The notes: generated by a model not told the origin, from the sequence alone. 64,000 bases of DNA from Octopus vulgaris (GCA_951406725.2 OX597817.1:16368001-16432000), one strand, 5' to 3'. Positions 39,522 to 54,175 are shown, numbered from the stretch's first letter. A program made the numbers and translations.

Positions 39522-39988
39522 TATCGGTCATGCTGGAGCACCGCCATATGTATATGTATATGTGTGTGTATATTACGAAGCAAAGAGTGCTCAATATGCT
39601 ATGTAGAATAGATATTTATCCCACTGATTCCATTTTCTTGTCCAGAAAAACCTACTGTTCGAAATTTTAGAGCTTTCTCCTACGCTAGGTCGCCGCACTT
39701 CCCTAGTTTGATGCTAGGCAAATATCGTGCGGTATTTCATCTTTATTTATTTAAACTAGGAAATTATACTTTGGGCAATTAGTGCAGGAAACCTCACTTG
39801 CCGAATTGCTCCACCCGATTGCAACCGAAATTCTATGCAGGCTGCAAGGACTAACTCCAACTAGTTCGCATTCACTTACAAAATACATTTGAACACAGAA
39901 TCAACAATTTCCCCTAGATTCGAAAGATATTGTTGAAATGGATATAATGATAAAGTAAATTGTAGATTTTCATTTTCTCAGCACGTAG

Positions 39989-40163
39989 CAGACATGGGCA
40001 ACCTTTTTCAAGAAACGAGCTGGGATCTTTTCTACACGAGCTGCATGAGACATAGTTCATCATTAGGTGGGTCGCACCACTAAAAAAAAAAAAAAAAATA
40101 CAATAATTTTTTATTAGGCGTGCGATAGAAAAAAATTCTCTGGTCACAGATTGCCCACAATTG
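39989..40163. mobile_element. Old hAT-like MITE
   Basis: CAGACATGGGCAA...TTGCCCACAATTG imperfect TIRs. Confidence 0.45.
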
Positions 40164-41789
40164 TTGTAGAGTCACAGATCAAGATCCCTATTTCACAATC
40201 AACCACGTGATATCGTGGTTGCTTAGCCCTACATCAGCCCTTATAGAGCAGATCTTCGATTAAAAGCCGAAACTATCTCGTCTGTTTGTATATGAGGGAT
40301 TCGACTGGGACTGTCCAAACTGGCCTTTCCTTATTTTAATACAGCACGATAGGATTTTGAAAGATTTTAGCTGCTATTTCTAGCATGTCTATCATTTGAC
40401 TGTGAGAGAGAGGTACCATGTGAGAGAGGTACCATGAAATTGTTGTACCGGATGTTTGAACACCCACAATGCACTGCGAAGCCGTCAGCAATGCAAGCGT
40501 GACCTCCACACACGGCAAGTATTTTATTGATCTTCAATTGCCTTTTTTCTCATTCTAATCATTAACTTGTAGAGTAACCCACTGACTTTTGAAATTTAAA
40601 CAGCTTTCATCTTATAACCTCAAAGATATTTTAATTGTATTTGAGTGGGCTTATCTTTCTTTCATTCATTTCTTTGCAATCCTTCACTGTCGTCTGTTAA
40701 GCTTTTTGAAAGTATTACGGGCAGAATATTTCAATTTATCGAAGGAATTTACTAGTTTCTTTTTATATAATTTGCAAATTTTATTTTACAACAGCATTAT
40801 AAATACTAAAAACTACCCCCTTCGATCATATAATAATATATTCTTAATTAAAAGTTGCCTTTCACATTTAACGTGGTAAAATATTACCGTGGTTTGATTA
40901 ACCGTTGGTTTCGATGTTTGTTTTTGTTATTATCGTTCTTGTTTATTGACTTCCAACTGTTTTCGTTAAATTATGATAAAAACTATATTCAGACACGAAA
41001 CGTAAGATTTCTTTTGTTATTTGTACACATCAATCATCAGACCAATTTTCTATATAATCACAAAACAACCTGTCTTAACTAGATTAGTTTAATTTTTTAA
41101 ATACTTTCCTTAACTTTACGGGTAGAGTACGTTGGTGGTAAAATGCGCGTGCCTTTCCGCGCCTTTCTATTACGAATTCTCAAAAAAAGGTATGAACTTA
41201 AACATGTTTCGAAGTCCCAGTACTCCCTTATTGTCTGGTTGAATCAATATTTATTTCATTGGTTGTGTTTAAAACGGTTGCAGATACAGGTTTCTATTAG
41301 ACATGCGGAAGGAATAATGTCTTTCTGAATGAACTATGCCATGAGATCTCCAGTTATGATTCGTTCTTAGCGATGTCTAGTACCAGCATTTTGTGCAAAC
41401 TTTACATCTGCAATGTATTCACACGAAGCTGAGTGCATTATGTAATCGGAAAACTGAAAGAATCTTACTTTCAGTTCTTTATAATGCTCACTGGGAAAAT
41501 TTACCTACATTGTGGTATTCTTACACCGTTGCTGGATCTGTTAGAAACAGCAGCTAACCCTCAAAAGCACACCCTACTATATTTAAAAAAGGGTGAAGGC
41601 CTGAGAAAAATATATATATATATATATATCTGGGGAAAAAAATGGGATAATCTTGGTTAAAATGTCTTTGAGTCTCGGTCTGTTCGATCATTAGGAACCA
41701 ACAAGGGAGCGTTACGTGATCGCTCACCCTTCTAGAAATAGCAGTCAAATATTCCTGAAATTAGACTTTATTATCTTTAAAAGAGGAAT

Positions 41790-41932
41790 TAAATAGTGGA
41801 AAAGGCGCTGGAAAATAGGTTCTTTCGTTTTAGTTCTTAACTCATTTCTGCTTCGTCGTTCGTGCAGATTTCATCTACACCGTTCTAACTCCGGCTACGA
41901 TGCTTTTGGAAGCTCATCTTACTGCTAATTAG
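41790..41932 (+). promoter_or_regulatory. Probable promoter / non-coding first exon of the C15orf61-like gene
   Basis: CpG-retaining stretch ending in TAG|GTAACG donor, then T-rich sequence. The coding exon has an acceptor at 48020, upstream of the ATG, so a 5' exon is required. Start coordinate is approximate. Confidence 0.4.
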
Positions 41933-42342
41933 GTAACGTAAGCTATTATTAAATTACTTCTGAATCCTTGCGAGGATTTGAAGGATTTTGTGGGTGATCT
42001 TTGAGTTTAGTACTCCACTTTCACAAATGTGAATCAAACAGCTTAGTATCGTTTTGTTTAGCGATCGGCGGTCTTTTTTTGTAATTAAGATAGGTTGTTT
42101 TGAATGTGAGTGTGTGTTGAATTAAGTTTAGTACTCTATTTCTCTAGTATTTTACTTATTCAGTGCAAACTATCTGAGGAAAGTATGATAGTATCAGGTT
42201 GCTTAGAATTTGTGTGTGAAAAATGAACGACGTACAAACAAATTTCTTCACCAGCCTCCTAACAAAATTTTTCTACCTGCCGATTGATAAAAGTAACAGT
42301 GGAATACTGAACTCTAAGGGTTGCTTTAGTTTAACCTTAATG

Positions 42343-42447
42343 ACTACATGTTTATCTGTTGGCTACACCTGTGTGTCTGCTGACTGCATCTGTATATCTG
42401 CTGACTACCTGTGTATCTATCTGCTGACTACTCCAGTGTATCTGTTA
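42343..42447. repeat. Degenerate ~20-24-bp minisatellite
   Basis: TGACTAC...TATCTGC-like units repeated about 5 times. Confidence 0.7.
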
Positions 42448-42849
42448 TTTACCAAGTTTTCCTTTTCTGTCAATAACCTAGCGATTTCTCTACAATTCTT
42501 GTGCACTCATAGTTTACATTGAATCTATAACATAGCTTGGATCTTTACCTTTTTGCCCGGCAGATTTACAAAAAATAATTTTTTGTAGATCCCATAGTTT
42601 TCCTATCTATTCCTTTTCTATTGAGCATAGGCACTTCCCTAATGTTTCTTGTCCAGTCTTCTTTCTTGTTTTTATCTTTGCTAGATCTACTTGAAGCCGC
42701 TTGGTTTTTGGAATTTCTCTAAATAAATATTCGACAGATTCAGTCATCTGAACCGAACCTCGATAAACATCTTCCCGTACATTGAAACCTTCGCTTTATA
42801 ACTCACACGTTGCTGACGGTGTCTCTGTATAGGGCTTGCATGATGTTAC

Positions 42850-43208
42850 ACCGCCTTTAATCGAGCAAATCGACCCCGGGACTTATTCTTTGTAAGCCCA
42901 GTACTTATTCTATCGGTCTCTTTTTTGCCGAACCGCTAAGTGACGGGGACGTAAACACACCAGCATCGGTTGTCAAGCAATGCTAGGGGGACAAACACAG
43001 ACACACAAACACACATACATATATATATATATATATACATATATACGACGGGCTTCTTTCAGTTTCCGTCTACCAAATCCACTCACAAGGCTTTGGTCGG
43101 CCCGAGGCTATAGTAGAAGACACTTGCCCAAGGTGCCACACAGTGGGACTGAACCCGGAACCATGTGGTTGGTTAGCAAGCTACTTACCACACAGCCACT
43201 CCTGCACC
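42850..43208 (-). mobile_element. SINE family A, tail truncated
   Basis: Family match. Confidence 0.9.
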
Positions 43209-43719
43209 TGTTTTGTATTTTTTTGCAACAATCAGACTATAGTTTGCGTTACCCTACCAAGGCCTTCTCTAGATCACTGAATGCAAGATAATAGTGACTT
43301 TTAACGAAGAACTTCTGCAGTTGCCTCACTGGGAAGAGGTCGCCGGTGATACAAACCAGTACAAACTCAACTGCATCTCATCTCAAAATATCCTAATCAG
43401 TTGTGGTATAATTCTTTCGTAACTTGGCCTGTCAGTTTGATGTCTCTGCAGTTGCTTTTTAGAGCATCTCCTTTGCTTTTAAAGCAGCTGTTGGTAATAT
43501 TACTATGCCAGTCGTTTGGTATGACACCTACTTATGTAACTAGTGCACTGGATATTTCCAGCATCTCAATGACTATCTTTGACATTTCAGCTGCTTTCCC
43601 TGCCTTCTAAATCCTTGGTTGTGTTTATGAACTCTTGTCAAACTGTCCAACATATGCCAGTATGAAAAGCAGGTGTTAAATGATGATGACAATGATGTCA
43701 AACCAATTATTATATAAAA

Positions 43720-44085
43720 CTAGCAGTATCGCCCGGCGTTGCTCGGGTTTGTAAGGGAAATAACTATATAAGCATTTTTAGAGTTATAGCCAAAAATTGG
43801 CAAAAAAATGCATTAAAAATGATGGTAATTTTTTTTTATTTTTGACTCATCGTAGACATTTTTAGAGAGTTACTTCCCTTATATAATAGCGAAAAAATGA
43901 TGTTAAATTTTTTTTTAAATCGTAGACTCATCGTAGACGCGCGCTAATACCCAGAAGGGCTCGATATGAATCACGACTATAAGATACCCGGTTTTGGTTA
44001 AACTGCACCGCAAAATGTGGGAGTAGTTAGGAATCTAAATCGTAGGAGACAGACACTCACACAACTTCACTTTTATATATAAAGA
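43720..44085 (-). mobile_element. Non-autonomous Helitron
   Basis: A|TC...hairpin...CTAG|T on the minus strand. Confidence 0.85.
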
Positions 44086-46957
44086 TGTGCATAAAAATTC
44101 CAATGAAATGTAAAAGATAGTTTTGGAATAAGCATACATGTCATAACATTAAAAATTTCTTCAGATTTCTGTTGGATCTACTTGGAGTAGACCTTTTTAC
44201 CCACTCCTCATTCAGCAACTTTTTGTAATAACGTTTCCAAACTGCTTTAATTCTGCATCAGTGAGGGTAAATGCGCCACGGTCATTCTGCACACCTTTCT
44301 ATCTCGCAATGTCTTTATTGGCACTGATACTGCTTTGCAAGAACCTCTCGCCACAGGACATTGGTAAACCTCTGCAACAAGAAATTTGCTCTTTCAGTGT
44401 GTGTTAATATGGACATACTGTTCTAACAAACATTTTGCTTCCTTCCTTTTTACCTACAATCTGTCTATCTTTCAATACTATTTTAAAATGTGCTGTTCTT
44501 ACCTGGCCAAAATTATTGTTTTCTGGCTTTCAGTTGTTTAAGTGATGTTACATATTTGTCCAAGTTATTGGCCTAACTGTTTTAACTTTTTATTAGTTTA
44601 CACTATCAAGATTGAATCCTTAGACACGAGAATAAGGTGTCATTTCTGCATTTGCACAGACTATGGTATAATTGCATAATCTGTAGACAAATTCATTTAC
44701 ATGCGTTACTGTTAGGCCGTCTGAAAACCTGAGTATAGTCTTCTGAAAGAAATTTGATTTGAGAGAAAATAATTATACTGAAATATATTTTTGTTGATTT
44801 AATTTTATTTAAAGCATGTATTTTCAGCGAATTGCTAATTTTAGAGATATCTATCTCTATTTGTTTATCTAAACTTTTAATTAAAATTATGTTTAAAACA
44901 GAGATCTGAAGAAATTTTTAATGTTATGACGTGTGCTTATTCCAAAACTATCTTTTACATTTCATTGGAATTTTTATGCACATTTTTATATAATAATTGG
45001 TTTAACATCATTGTCATCATCATTTAACACCTGCTTTTCATATTGGCATATGTTGGACAGTTTGACAAGAGTTGATGAACCAGAGGACTGCACCAGGCTC
45101 CAATATCTGTTTTGGCATGGTTTCTACAGCTGGATGCTCTTTCCGATGCCAACCACTTTACAGGGTATACTGGGTGCTTTTTACATAGCACCAGTGAAAT
45201 CACTTGGTAACTTACAAGACCCTTCAACTGAGGGGTGTAGAATTGAGGGAGGTAGCTTTATACCAGGTGGTGAGATTTTAAAGTATGATAGAAAGACAGG
45301 TGCAGGTGTCTTGCTGTAGGAGAGAGGCCTTGTTAAATGGCAGTTAACTTCAACACAGCCTTCTAAGCATAAAAAGGCTCTCTAATCTGGTTTAAGGGAT
45401 ATAAAACTTCTTTATCAAACTAAGAACAGTTATTTCTTGCAGAGTAAGGGAAAATACAGGTAAAAGCCATTCTGAGACTCTATTTAACATGTTTTAACAA
45501 ATCATTATAATCAAAAAATAATGACTGATCTTGTAAACTTTCACTGAACAGACATTTTTCATTTATTGACTTATAAAGAATTGAATGCAAAAATGTGTCA
45601 GTTTTCCAGTTATACAGCATACACCGCTTTGTGTTTGTAGCAAGAGTAGGGCAAGATAAGAAACCATTTATTTAAATAAAACTAGATTATTTTTTTTCTG
45701 TGTTCTATTTATATCTCATTTCTTCCTTGATATTTGCTCAAAGCAGTTTCTGTATTCACATTAAGGCTGTCATGGTCTAATTCAATCAAGAACCACTTTT
45801 CATTTTCGTATTCAATAGAATTTATGTAGTTTATAAACCTGTGAATCAAGTTACAGAGCACTTCATTTTTAGGACAGTGTTAGGTCTATCTTCTTGTTCA
45901 TGTACAAAACAAAGGCTTGATTGCTTAAATTTATTATAATCGCATTAGTGTAATATCTCCCATGCAAAAGTAGGAGGTATAATTGATATGGAACTTGGTT
46001 TTTTTCTAAATGTCACCCATTGACTTAGAAATGTGATATATATTTGGACAGTTTTTGTTTAATAAGAATGACTAGGTGTGTATAGTGGGGATATTCAGCA
46101 ATGCCCATTGCATGGAGACTTAGTTAAGTAAACACTAGCAATCTTGATTTAGTCAGCTAGAAATTTTTATTTCAGTAACCTTTGTCAACTCTAAACAGGT
46201 TTATGACTTTAGAAATAGTGATACAATGCCTAAAAGCAACCACAAGTCCTGCCTTTCTCTTATCCATTGTTCAAATTGTTCAGTCTGTTCATTTGAGTAA
46301 AAATCTTATTATTTGAGCAGTGTTTCATCTTTATTGCTGGACAGTTGTGCTAAGTTTTATTACTTAAAGCACAGCCTTCTTTCAAAAGACAATCACAATT
46401 TAGTTGTGGGAAATTTAGATGTACTTTAGTAATAACAAACCTATCTTTGTGCAAGAAATAGCGGCGAAATTCTCCTAACCCATACTCTATAATTTTGGGA
46501 AAAGGATGGATAGATTGATTAACAGGGCCCTACATTTACAAAAAGATAAGTTGGTCATAGCTGGAATGTTCTTGATAATAGGTATGCTCAATCGAAAATA
46601 TTAGAAAATTTAGACTTGCTGCTTGACTAAGAATTATTAAAACACTACTACCTACTCTTCTTCAATATTTTGTAGGTGGTCTAGTAAAAATAGTGCAGTT
46701 TTAGGAAGTATATCTTCATTCCTGACCTGTATATTTTATTCATGACAAACCCAACAACTGACTTCTTAGGTACCATTCTCCACCTGTCACTATTTAACCA
46801 TGTCAATTTATTTACCCTCCATGTCTTACAAAAGGTCATGCTGCTTTTGTATACAAAATATCTAACACCAATTATAGGTAATTACTAGTCCTCCTAAGTA
46901 AATTTTATAGTCTCTCTTATTCTGTTTTCATTTCTCCTTTCCTCCTTGTTGATTTAA

Positions 46958-47178
46958 CCCTTTAGTGTTTAAACCGGTCATATCTGGCCCTGGTATTCTA
47001 CATGTTTTATATTCAAACTGGCCATATCTAGCCTCTCACACCTAACCTACATTGACATTATAAAAATAAACAATCACATCATTGAAACCCCAAAGCTATA
47101 AGATAATGCATGATTAATTCAAAACAATTTGAGTGCAAAAAGTATTACATTTAACAGAGTAATCTTAACACTAAAGGG
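46958..47178 (+). mobile_element. piggyBac-like MITE
   Basis: TTAA|CCCTTTAGTGTT...AACACTAAAGGG|TTAA. Confidence 0.85.
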
Positions 47179-47416
47179 TTAAGGGGACTTCAAGTTGTGA
47201 AAAACTATAATGTAAGCTTCATCTCTATGAAAGACAACTTTTCTGACTCAGCCAATAATTTTCCTAATTGCTCTGACTTTCAGCTTCACAGAATTGCATC
47301 CATCTGAAAATTCCTCCTTGTCTTTATGTTCACTCCAATTCCTAATGTACAACAATTGAAAATAAACACTAACTGCTTGGTTTAGCCATAGGTGTGGTGT
47401 AATCCTTTCTCTTTAA

Positions 47417-47627
47417 CCCTTTAGTGTTCACATTATTCTGCCAAAGTTAATGCCTTTTCAGCCACATTGCCTTGAACTAATCATGCATTATCTTGTAGCT
47501 TTGAGATTTTGATGAGGTAGCTGTTAATTTTTAGAACAATATTGTAGGGTTGGTGTGAGAGATCAGATCTGGTCAGTTTGAACATAAAACAGGCTGAATA
47601 TTTTTGGCCGGTTTAAATGCTAAAGGG
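47417..47627 (-). mobile_element. piggyBac-like MITE, same family, opposite orientation
   Basis: TTAA|CCCTTTAG...CTAAAGGG|TTAA; interior is the reverse complement of the 46958 and 60608 copies. Confidence 0.85.
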
Positions 47628-48045
47628 TTAAACAAACAAATAAAAATATAATCTTTACTCTGGATAGTATTTCAAGAAATAATATTTTGATTACTAATTT
47701 AAGGGTGAGTGCAACTAACTTGTTAACTTAGATCTCGGGTGAACACCATTAAAATAATAAATAGGATTTATATAAAACAACAGGTGTAGAAACACTGTCA
47801 GATAAGACTGGAGCCTGGTGCAGCCTTCTGGCTTCCCAGATCCCCGGTCGAACCGTCCAACCCATGCTAGCATGGAGAACGGATGTTAAACGATGATGAT
47901 GATGATTAAAAGTTTTAGAAATTTATTTTTGTTTTTTGTCATGAAATTTGTTAAAAGTTGTTTCACGAATGTGTAAAAGATAACATTTTAAGGTAAAATT
48001 TCTTTATTTCTCTGTTATAGTGAGGAAACATTTGGTTTTATTTAA

Positions 48046-48794
<749 letters not shown>

Positions 48795-49795
48795 AAGTCT
48801 ACAATGTGAGATATTTAATACAAAATAGCAGTCAAAATTTGAGGAAGCATTAATATATTACTGACTTTGTTTAGAGTAGGGGTATGGTTTGTATTATATT
48901 TAAGATTACAGTGTACTTGAGTAAATACAGTATGTAAATGAACTTGGATTATTCATTATATGTTTGAAACTTGCTCTTTTCTACGACAGCACAATTTGCA
49001 ACCCATTTTTTTTACTTGTCTAAAAATAACTTACATTCAAATTAAATCAACTTATTTTAATAAATTTGAAATTGTCAATCATAAGAATTAATTTCATTTT
49101 CCTTATCATTCTAAGATTTAGTTGCAAAGGTGGTGTGCTGACAGAATCACTAACACATCAGACAAAATGTTTAGTGTCATTTTGTCCATCTGTGTGTTCT
49201 GAGGTCAACTTAGTCTTTCACCCTTTCAGGGTCAATAAAGTTAGTACCAGTTCAGCACTGGGAGTCAATGTAATTGACTAACACCCTCTCCCAAAATTTC
49301 AGACCTTGTGCCTATAATAAAAAAGTAGAAAGCATTTTAAAATTTAGTTTTATTCTGTTTCTTCGTCACTAACATCTATAATAAAGATAATAATAAATGA
49401 TAAAAAAAATATAATAAAAACTTCTTTACTCCACTGACCTCAACCCAAGAACTAAAAAAATTCTATTTTCTACAGTAATCGCCCATGGCATTCCATAAAT
49501 ACTGAAGTAAGCTGTGCTAAACATTATAAAATATCAAGTATTGTTTTATGAAATAATTATCTTGTTTAAACAATGACACTAAGAAAATGTATAAAAGAGA
49601 AATAATTTAGAAGTACTTTGATAGTAACATTACAAATATGTCATACTGGTAAGTCTACTTTTTATACAAAAGAAAATCTTTTGTAGAAAAGCAATATAAA
49701 GAAAATGACAATAATAATAATTTCACACCATGCTCTCTTTCACATATTTGCAAAATGCTTCCTTTAAAAAATTCTACATTAACAAAAACTTGAAT

Positions 49796-50118
49796 TCATC
49801 ATCATCATCGTTTAACGTCCACTTTCCATGCTAGCATGGGGTTGGACGATTTGACTGAGGACTGGCGAACCAGATGGCTGCGCCAAGCTCCAATCTTGAT
49901 CTGGCAGAGTTTCTACAGCTGGATGCCCTTCCTAACGCCAGCCACTCCGAGAGTGTAGTGGGTGCTTTTAAAGTGCCACCGGCATGAGGGCCAGTCTGGC
50001 GGTACTGGCAACGGCCATGCTCGAAATGGTGTTTTTTACGTGCCACCTGCACAAGAGTCAGTCCAGTGGCACTGGCAACGACCTCGCTCGAATGTTTTGT
50101 TCACGTGCCACCAGCACA
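49796..50118 (-). mobile_element. RTE 3' UTR fragment
   Basis: (ATC)n tail plus three repeat units. Confidence 0.8.
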
Positions 50119-50216
50119 TGAAAATTCATATAGATAATTTAAGTGACTGCAAGTTTGCATAATAAATGAGAACAACGCTTATCGCTAATCTGCTTAGCCG
50201 TCTTGTTTGGTAGCGT

Positions 50217-50445
50217 AGAGGCGCAATGGCCTAGTGGTTAGGGCAGCGGACTCGCGGTCGCAGGATCGCGGTTTCGATTCTCAGACCGGGCGTTGTGTGT
50301 GTTTATTGAGCGAAAACACCTAAAAAAGCTCTACAAGGCTCCGGCAGGGGGTGGTGATCCCTGCTGTACTCTTTCACCACAATGGCGGTGCCCCAGCATG
50401 GCCACAGCTCAAGAGCTGAAACTGGAAAAACAAAAACAAAACAAA
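50217..50445 (+). mobile_element. SINE family B
   Basis: tRNA-like head with A and B boxes; tail resembles the family A tail. Confidence 0.85.
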
Positions 50446-50691
50446 TCACTTGAAATCTAATTTACTCTTCCCCATTTTATATTAGTTTACTTCAGCTTAT
50501 TTCTGCTCAAGTTACCTTTTTACATTAGTAATAAACATCTAACATCTATGATTTCCCCCCAAAATTTATCACCTACCCTCATTTTACATCTGCTTTCCAT
50601 GCTGGCTTGAGGTAGATGCGTCACCATAGTCCAAATCAGTTTTTTAATTTGAAGTTGCTACCCTCCTAGACAGGTCAGAGATCTTTATCAT

Positions 50692-51054
50692 ATACTCTTT
50701 TACTTGTTTCAGTCATTTGACTGCGGCCATGCTGGAGCACCACCTTTAGTCGAGCAAATCGATCCCGGGACTTATTCTTTTGTAAGCCCAGTACTTATTC
50801 TATCGGTCTCTTTTGCCGAACCGCTAAGTGACGGGGACGTAAACACACCAACATCGGTTGTCAAGCAATGCTAGGGGGACAAACACAGACACAAACATAC
50901 ATACACACATATATATACATATATATGACGGGCTTCTTTCAGTTTCCGTCTACCAAATCCACTCACAAGGCTTTGCCCAAGATGCCACGCAGTGGGACTG
51001 AACCCGGAACCATGTGGTTGGTAAGCAAGCTACTTACCACAGCCACTCCTGCGC
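50692..51054 (-). mobile_element. SINE family A with small internal deletion
   Basis: Family match. Confidence 0.9.
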
Positions 51055-51233
51055 TCATTTTTGACATGGTTTCTATGGCTGGATGCTCTTCCTTACATGA
51101 ACCATTTACAGTGGACTAAGTGCATTTTGTCGTTATACCAACATTAGTGAGGTCCTGGCCTGAAGGATCCTCTTCAATTTGCATTTTCTCTGTTCTTTTG
51201 ACAGCTATTTTACAGATCATATTAGGTGCATTT

Positions 51234-51610
51234 TAATAATAATGAAATTATTGTATACAGTGCTCAGGTGCACCACAACTTGTCAGACAGTGCATATAAA
51301 GTACATGCAGTAATGTACAAATGTCTGGAAAGCGAACAATGCATGAGTCAGGTACATGCTTGTGTGTGTATGGAGGGGAGAAAATCAGGTGTAGTGTTGG
51401 CGAATCTCAGAAAGCATGGAAGTTTTGAAGGATGCAGTGCTCCGACAACTAACAACTGATGCTGGCAGTTTCTTCCATGCTTCAGCAACTCTCAGCGTGA
51501 AAAAATGTTTCCTGAAGTCATGGGAGCTGTGCTGTTTTCTGACTTTGTAAATATGTCCACGGGTATTAGATGGGTGGAGTTTGAAAAGGTGCTCAGAGTT
51601 ATTGTTTGTA
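51234..51610 (-). mobile_element. CR1-type LINE 3' fragment
   Basis: Same sequence as 1322-1697. Confidence 0.85.
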
Positions 51611-52668
51611 CGATTTTATTGTTGCACCAGAACTAGAGAGATTGCCTTGTACCTTGCAAGGTTAAATGAACAGCCTTCACTATTTTTACAGTGTCTCTAT
51701 TCATTCATGGCAACAAGTCCATAAGGGTGAATAGCAGAGGGAGTGAGAAACAAAGAAACAAAGTGATCAAGGGCGTGGAGAGAAAAGGTAGAGAATGATG
51801 TGATAGAAGTGTAAAGGGAACTGGTTGATTCTTTACACTGTTCGGGTGCAACCAGTTTCCTTTCTTTTTGTTTCTAGAAACTACCAGTCAGGAACAAAAC
51901 GCAACTTTAAAAATATATATGACTCTTTATTTTCTTATTTACAAAAGAAGTACGTTGGTAGATTGGTATCCACTTGGTTCAACACAGCAAGGCTGAATTT
52001 TAACATTAGTAAGATTCTTACAACAAATTCAGCAGCAACAGAGCAGGTCAAATCCTAAGCCTCTGGGGCAGGAGAATAGGCTGATCACATGTTTAATACG
52101 TCCTTTCTCTTCAATAGCAGTGTCTCAAGTCAACGACGCTAAACAAGGAACGCGATAGAATTTTCTTCCCCAGTCTCTAGCGCATGTGCATGAGGGAACT
52201 TCCTCAGGCCTTTCCAGAAGGTTCCAGCCCCGCACACGCACACTGGAAAATGACGTCACTACAGAAGTGTGACTGTGCTGCAGGGAGTAATGGAAAAGAT
52301 TAGTGATGGTCATCAATAATAGGTGGCATGGTAATGTGAGTGTTAGCTAGCAACACAGAAAGGGTGATTGTGGTAGAGTATGTCAGATTTAAAGAAGTCC
52401 AATGTTATACCAGATAAGGATAATGGTTGGATACTGGCAGCTTCAGTGCCATCCCTCATTACATGATTGACAAAAAGTACTTTTTAAACAAATTTCTGAC
52501 AATATCATGTATAGCTGCTATTTTGTGTCCGTTAAATATCTCTGTCTCTTTCTCTCTCTCTCTTTCTCACACACACACAATAGATGAATTACCTTATTAT
52601 TAAACATAACCACATCCTCTCTATCATTCAATAAATACCAAGAATTTGTTTCTACTTATGAATTCAGT

Positions 52669-52900
52669 AAGGCGGCGAGCTGGCAGAATTGTTAGCATGC
52701 TGGGCGAAATGCTTAGCGGTATTTCATCTGCTGTTACATTCTGAGTTCAAATTCCACTGAGGTCAACTTTGCCTTTCATCCTTTTGGGGTCGATAAATTA
52801 AGTACCAGTTACGCACTGGGGATCTATATAATCGACTTAATCCCTTTGTCTGTCCTTGTTTGTCCCCTCTGTGTTTAGCCCCTTGTGGGTAGTAAAGAGA
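52669..52900 (+). mobile_element. SINE family C, full length
   Basis: GGCGGCGAGCTGGCAGAA...GAGTTCAAATTCC (B-box-like); copies at 21940, 37700, 49128, 56573. Confidence 0.8.
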
Positions 52901-53649
52901 TATATACTTATGAATTCAGTATTCATGTTTGAGATGATTAACTGTATCATGAATATTTAGAGTTACTGTGGAATTATTTGTCAGGTTGCTCAACCTTAAA
53001 TTCTTTGATTGTGTGATTTATGGTCCCAACTTAGTGACTCTGAATAAAGACTCTCCGACCTATGCCAGCATGGAAAAGTGGATATAAAACAATGATGACA
53101 CTGCAGTGAAAGTGTATGCAAGGACCTATGAATTATCTACAAGTATAGCCCTTAGCCAAGAACAAACAACTTTGTTTTTGTTAATCTGGAAGAGTTCTGC
53201 CAAAATCAGATGTCTGGTTCATAAGAACAGTTGTAGTTACTGATTTGAATTAAGATTAGATTCTCTAAAGAATTTAGTACACAAGTGGATGTAAGCTATC
53301 TTGTATGATAAACTCAAATTATGTCCTGTCTACCTGAATTATATTTTTTACTGTTCTGTTAACTTTACAATTTTCATGGTTTATTCTATTAGTTTTCATT
53401 GCTTGCATTTTAATTTCCTGAATGTAATAACTTTTGCTATTTGTAACAATTAAAAGAGAGACTTAGATATAGAGATACTGGTTCACTGTATAATCTGGTT
53501 CACTAATGTTTCTCCAAGTTTTTCTAGCACTTTCAGCAGCTTAGCAACCATTAATTACTGAAAGTGCTGTGCTTTTCTCTGACATTGTATTTGCAGATAA
53601 TTTTATATAACTGATTCTTTTGTTGATTTTAACAAAAGTTGGTTCCTTC

Positions 53650-53932
53650 TCCAGTCTGATCTGGCAGTGTTTCTACAGCTGGATGCCCTTCCTAACGCCA
53701 ACCATTCCGTGAGTGTAGTGGGTGCTTTTTACGTGCCACCGGCTTAGGTGCCAGGTGAGGCTGGCAACGGCCACGATTGGTTGGTGCTTTTTACATACCA
53801 CCGGCACGGAAGCCAGTCAAGGCGGGGCTGGCATCGGCCACATTAGGATGGTGCTTTTTACGTGCCAACGGCACAGGTATCGCAACTACAATTTCCATTT
53901 GATTTTTTGATGTTGATGTACTTGACTTAATA
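53650..53932 (-). mobile_element. RTE 3' UTR fragment
   Basis: Matches 15690-15965; three repeat units. Confidence 0.8.
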
Positions 53933-54047
53933 GAACCCTCAATAACACATCAATGCCATTGAGTGCTTGAGTGTACATATATCTTCAAGTTTTTGTTACA
54001 ATGATTCAATGTCTAAATATTTTTTTAATTTTATTTTTAAACCATAG

Positions 54048-54175
54048 GTGTTCCTACATTGGCATATGGCATTGCTTGCTGGATGTTGGTCAGATATCAT
54101 GAAGATGTAGAAACTACAAAAGGCACCGTTCGAATATACTTCCTGAATAAAGAAGAAAAAAATTCACAGTACTGA
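54048..54175 (+). CDS. C15orf61: C15orf61-like coding exon 2 (terminal)
   Basis: accatag|GT; phase 1 fits; (G)VPTLAYGIACWMLVRYHEDVETTKGTVRIYFLNKEEKNSQY*; total CDS 444 nt = 147 aa. Confidence 0.9.

Noticed and set aside
50217-50292. tRNA gene
   Set aside because: tRNA-like SINE head without a proper acceptor stem, continuing into the SINE body.
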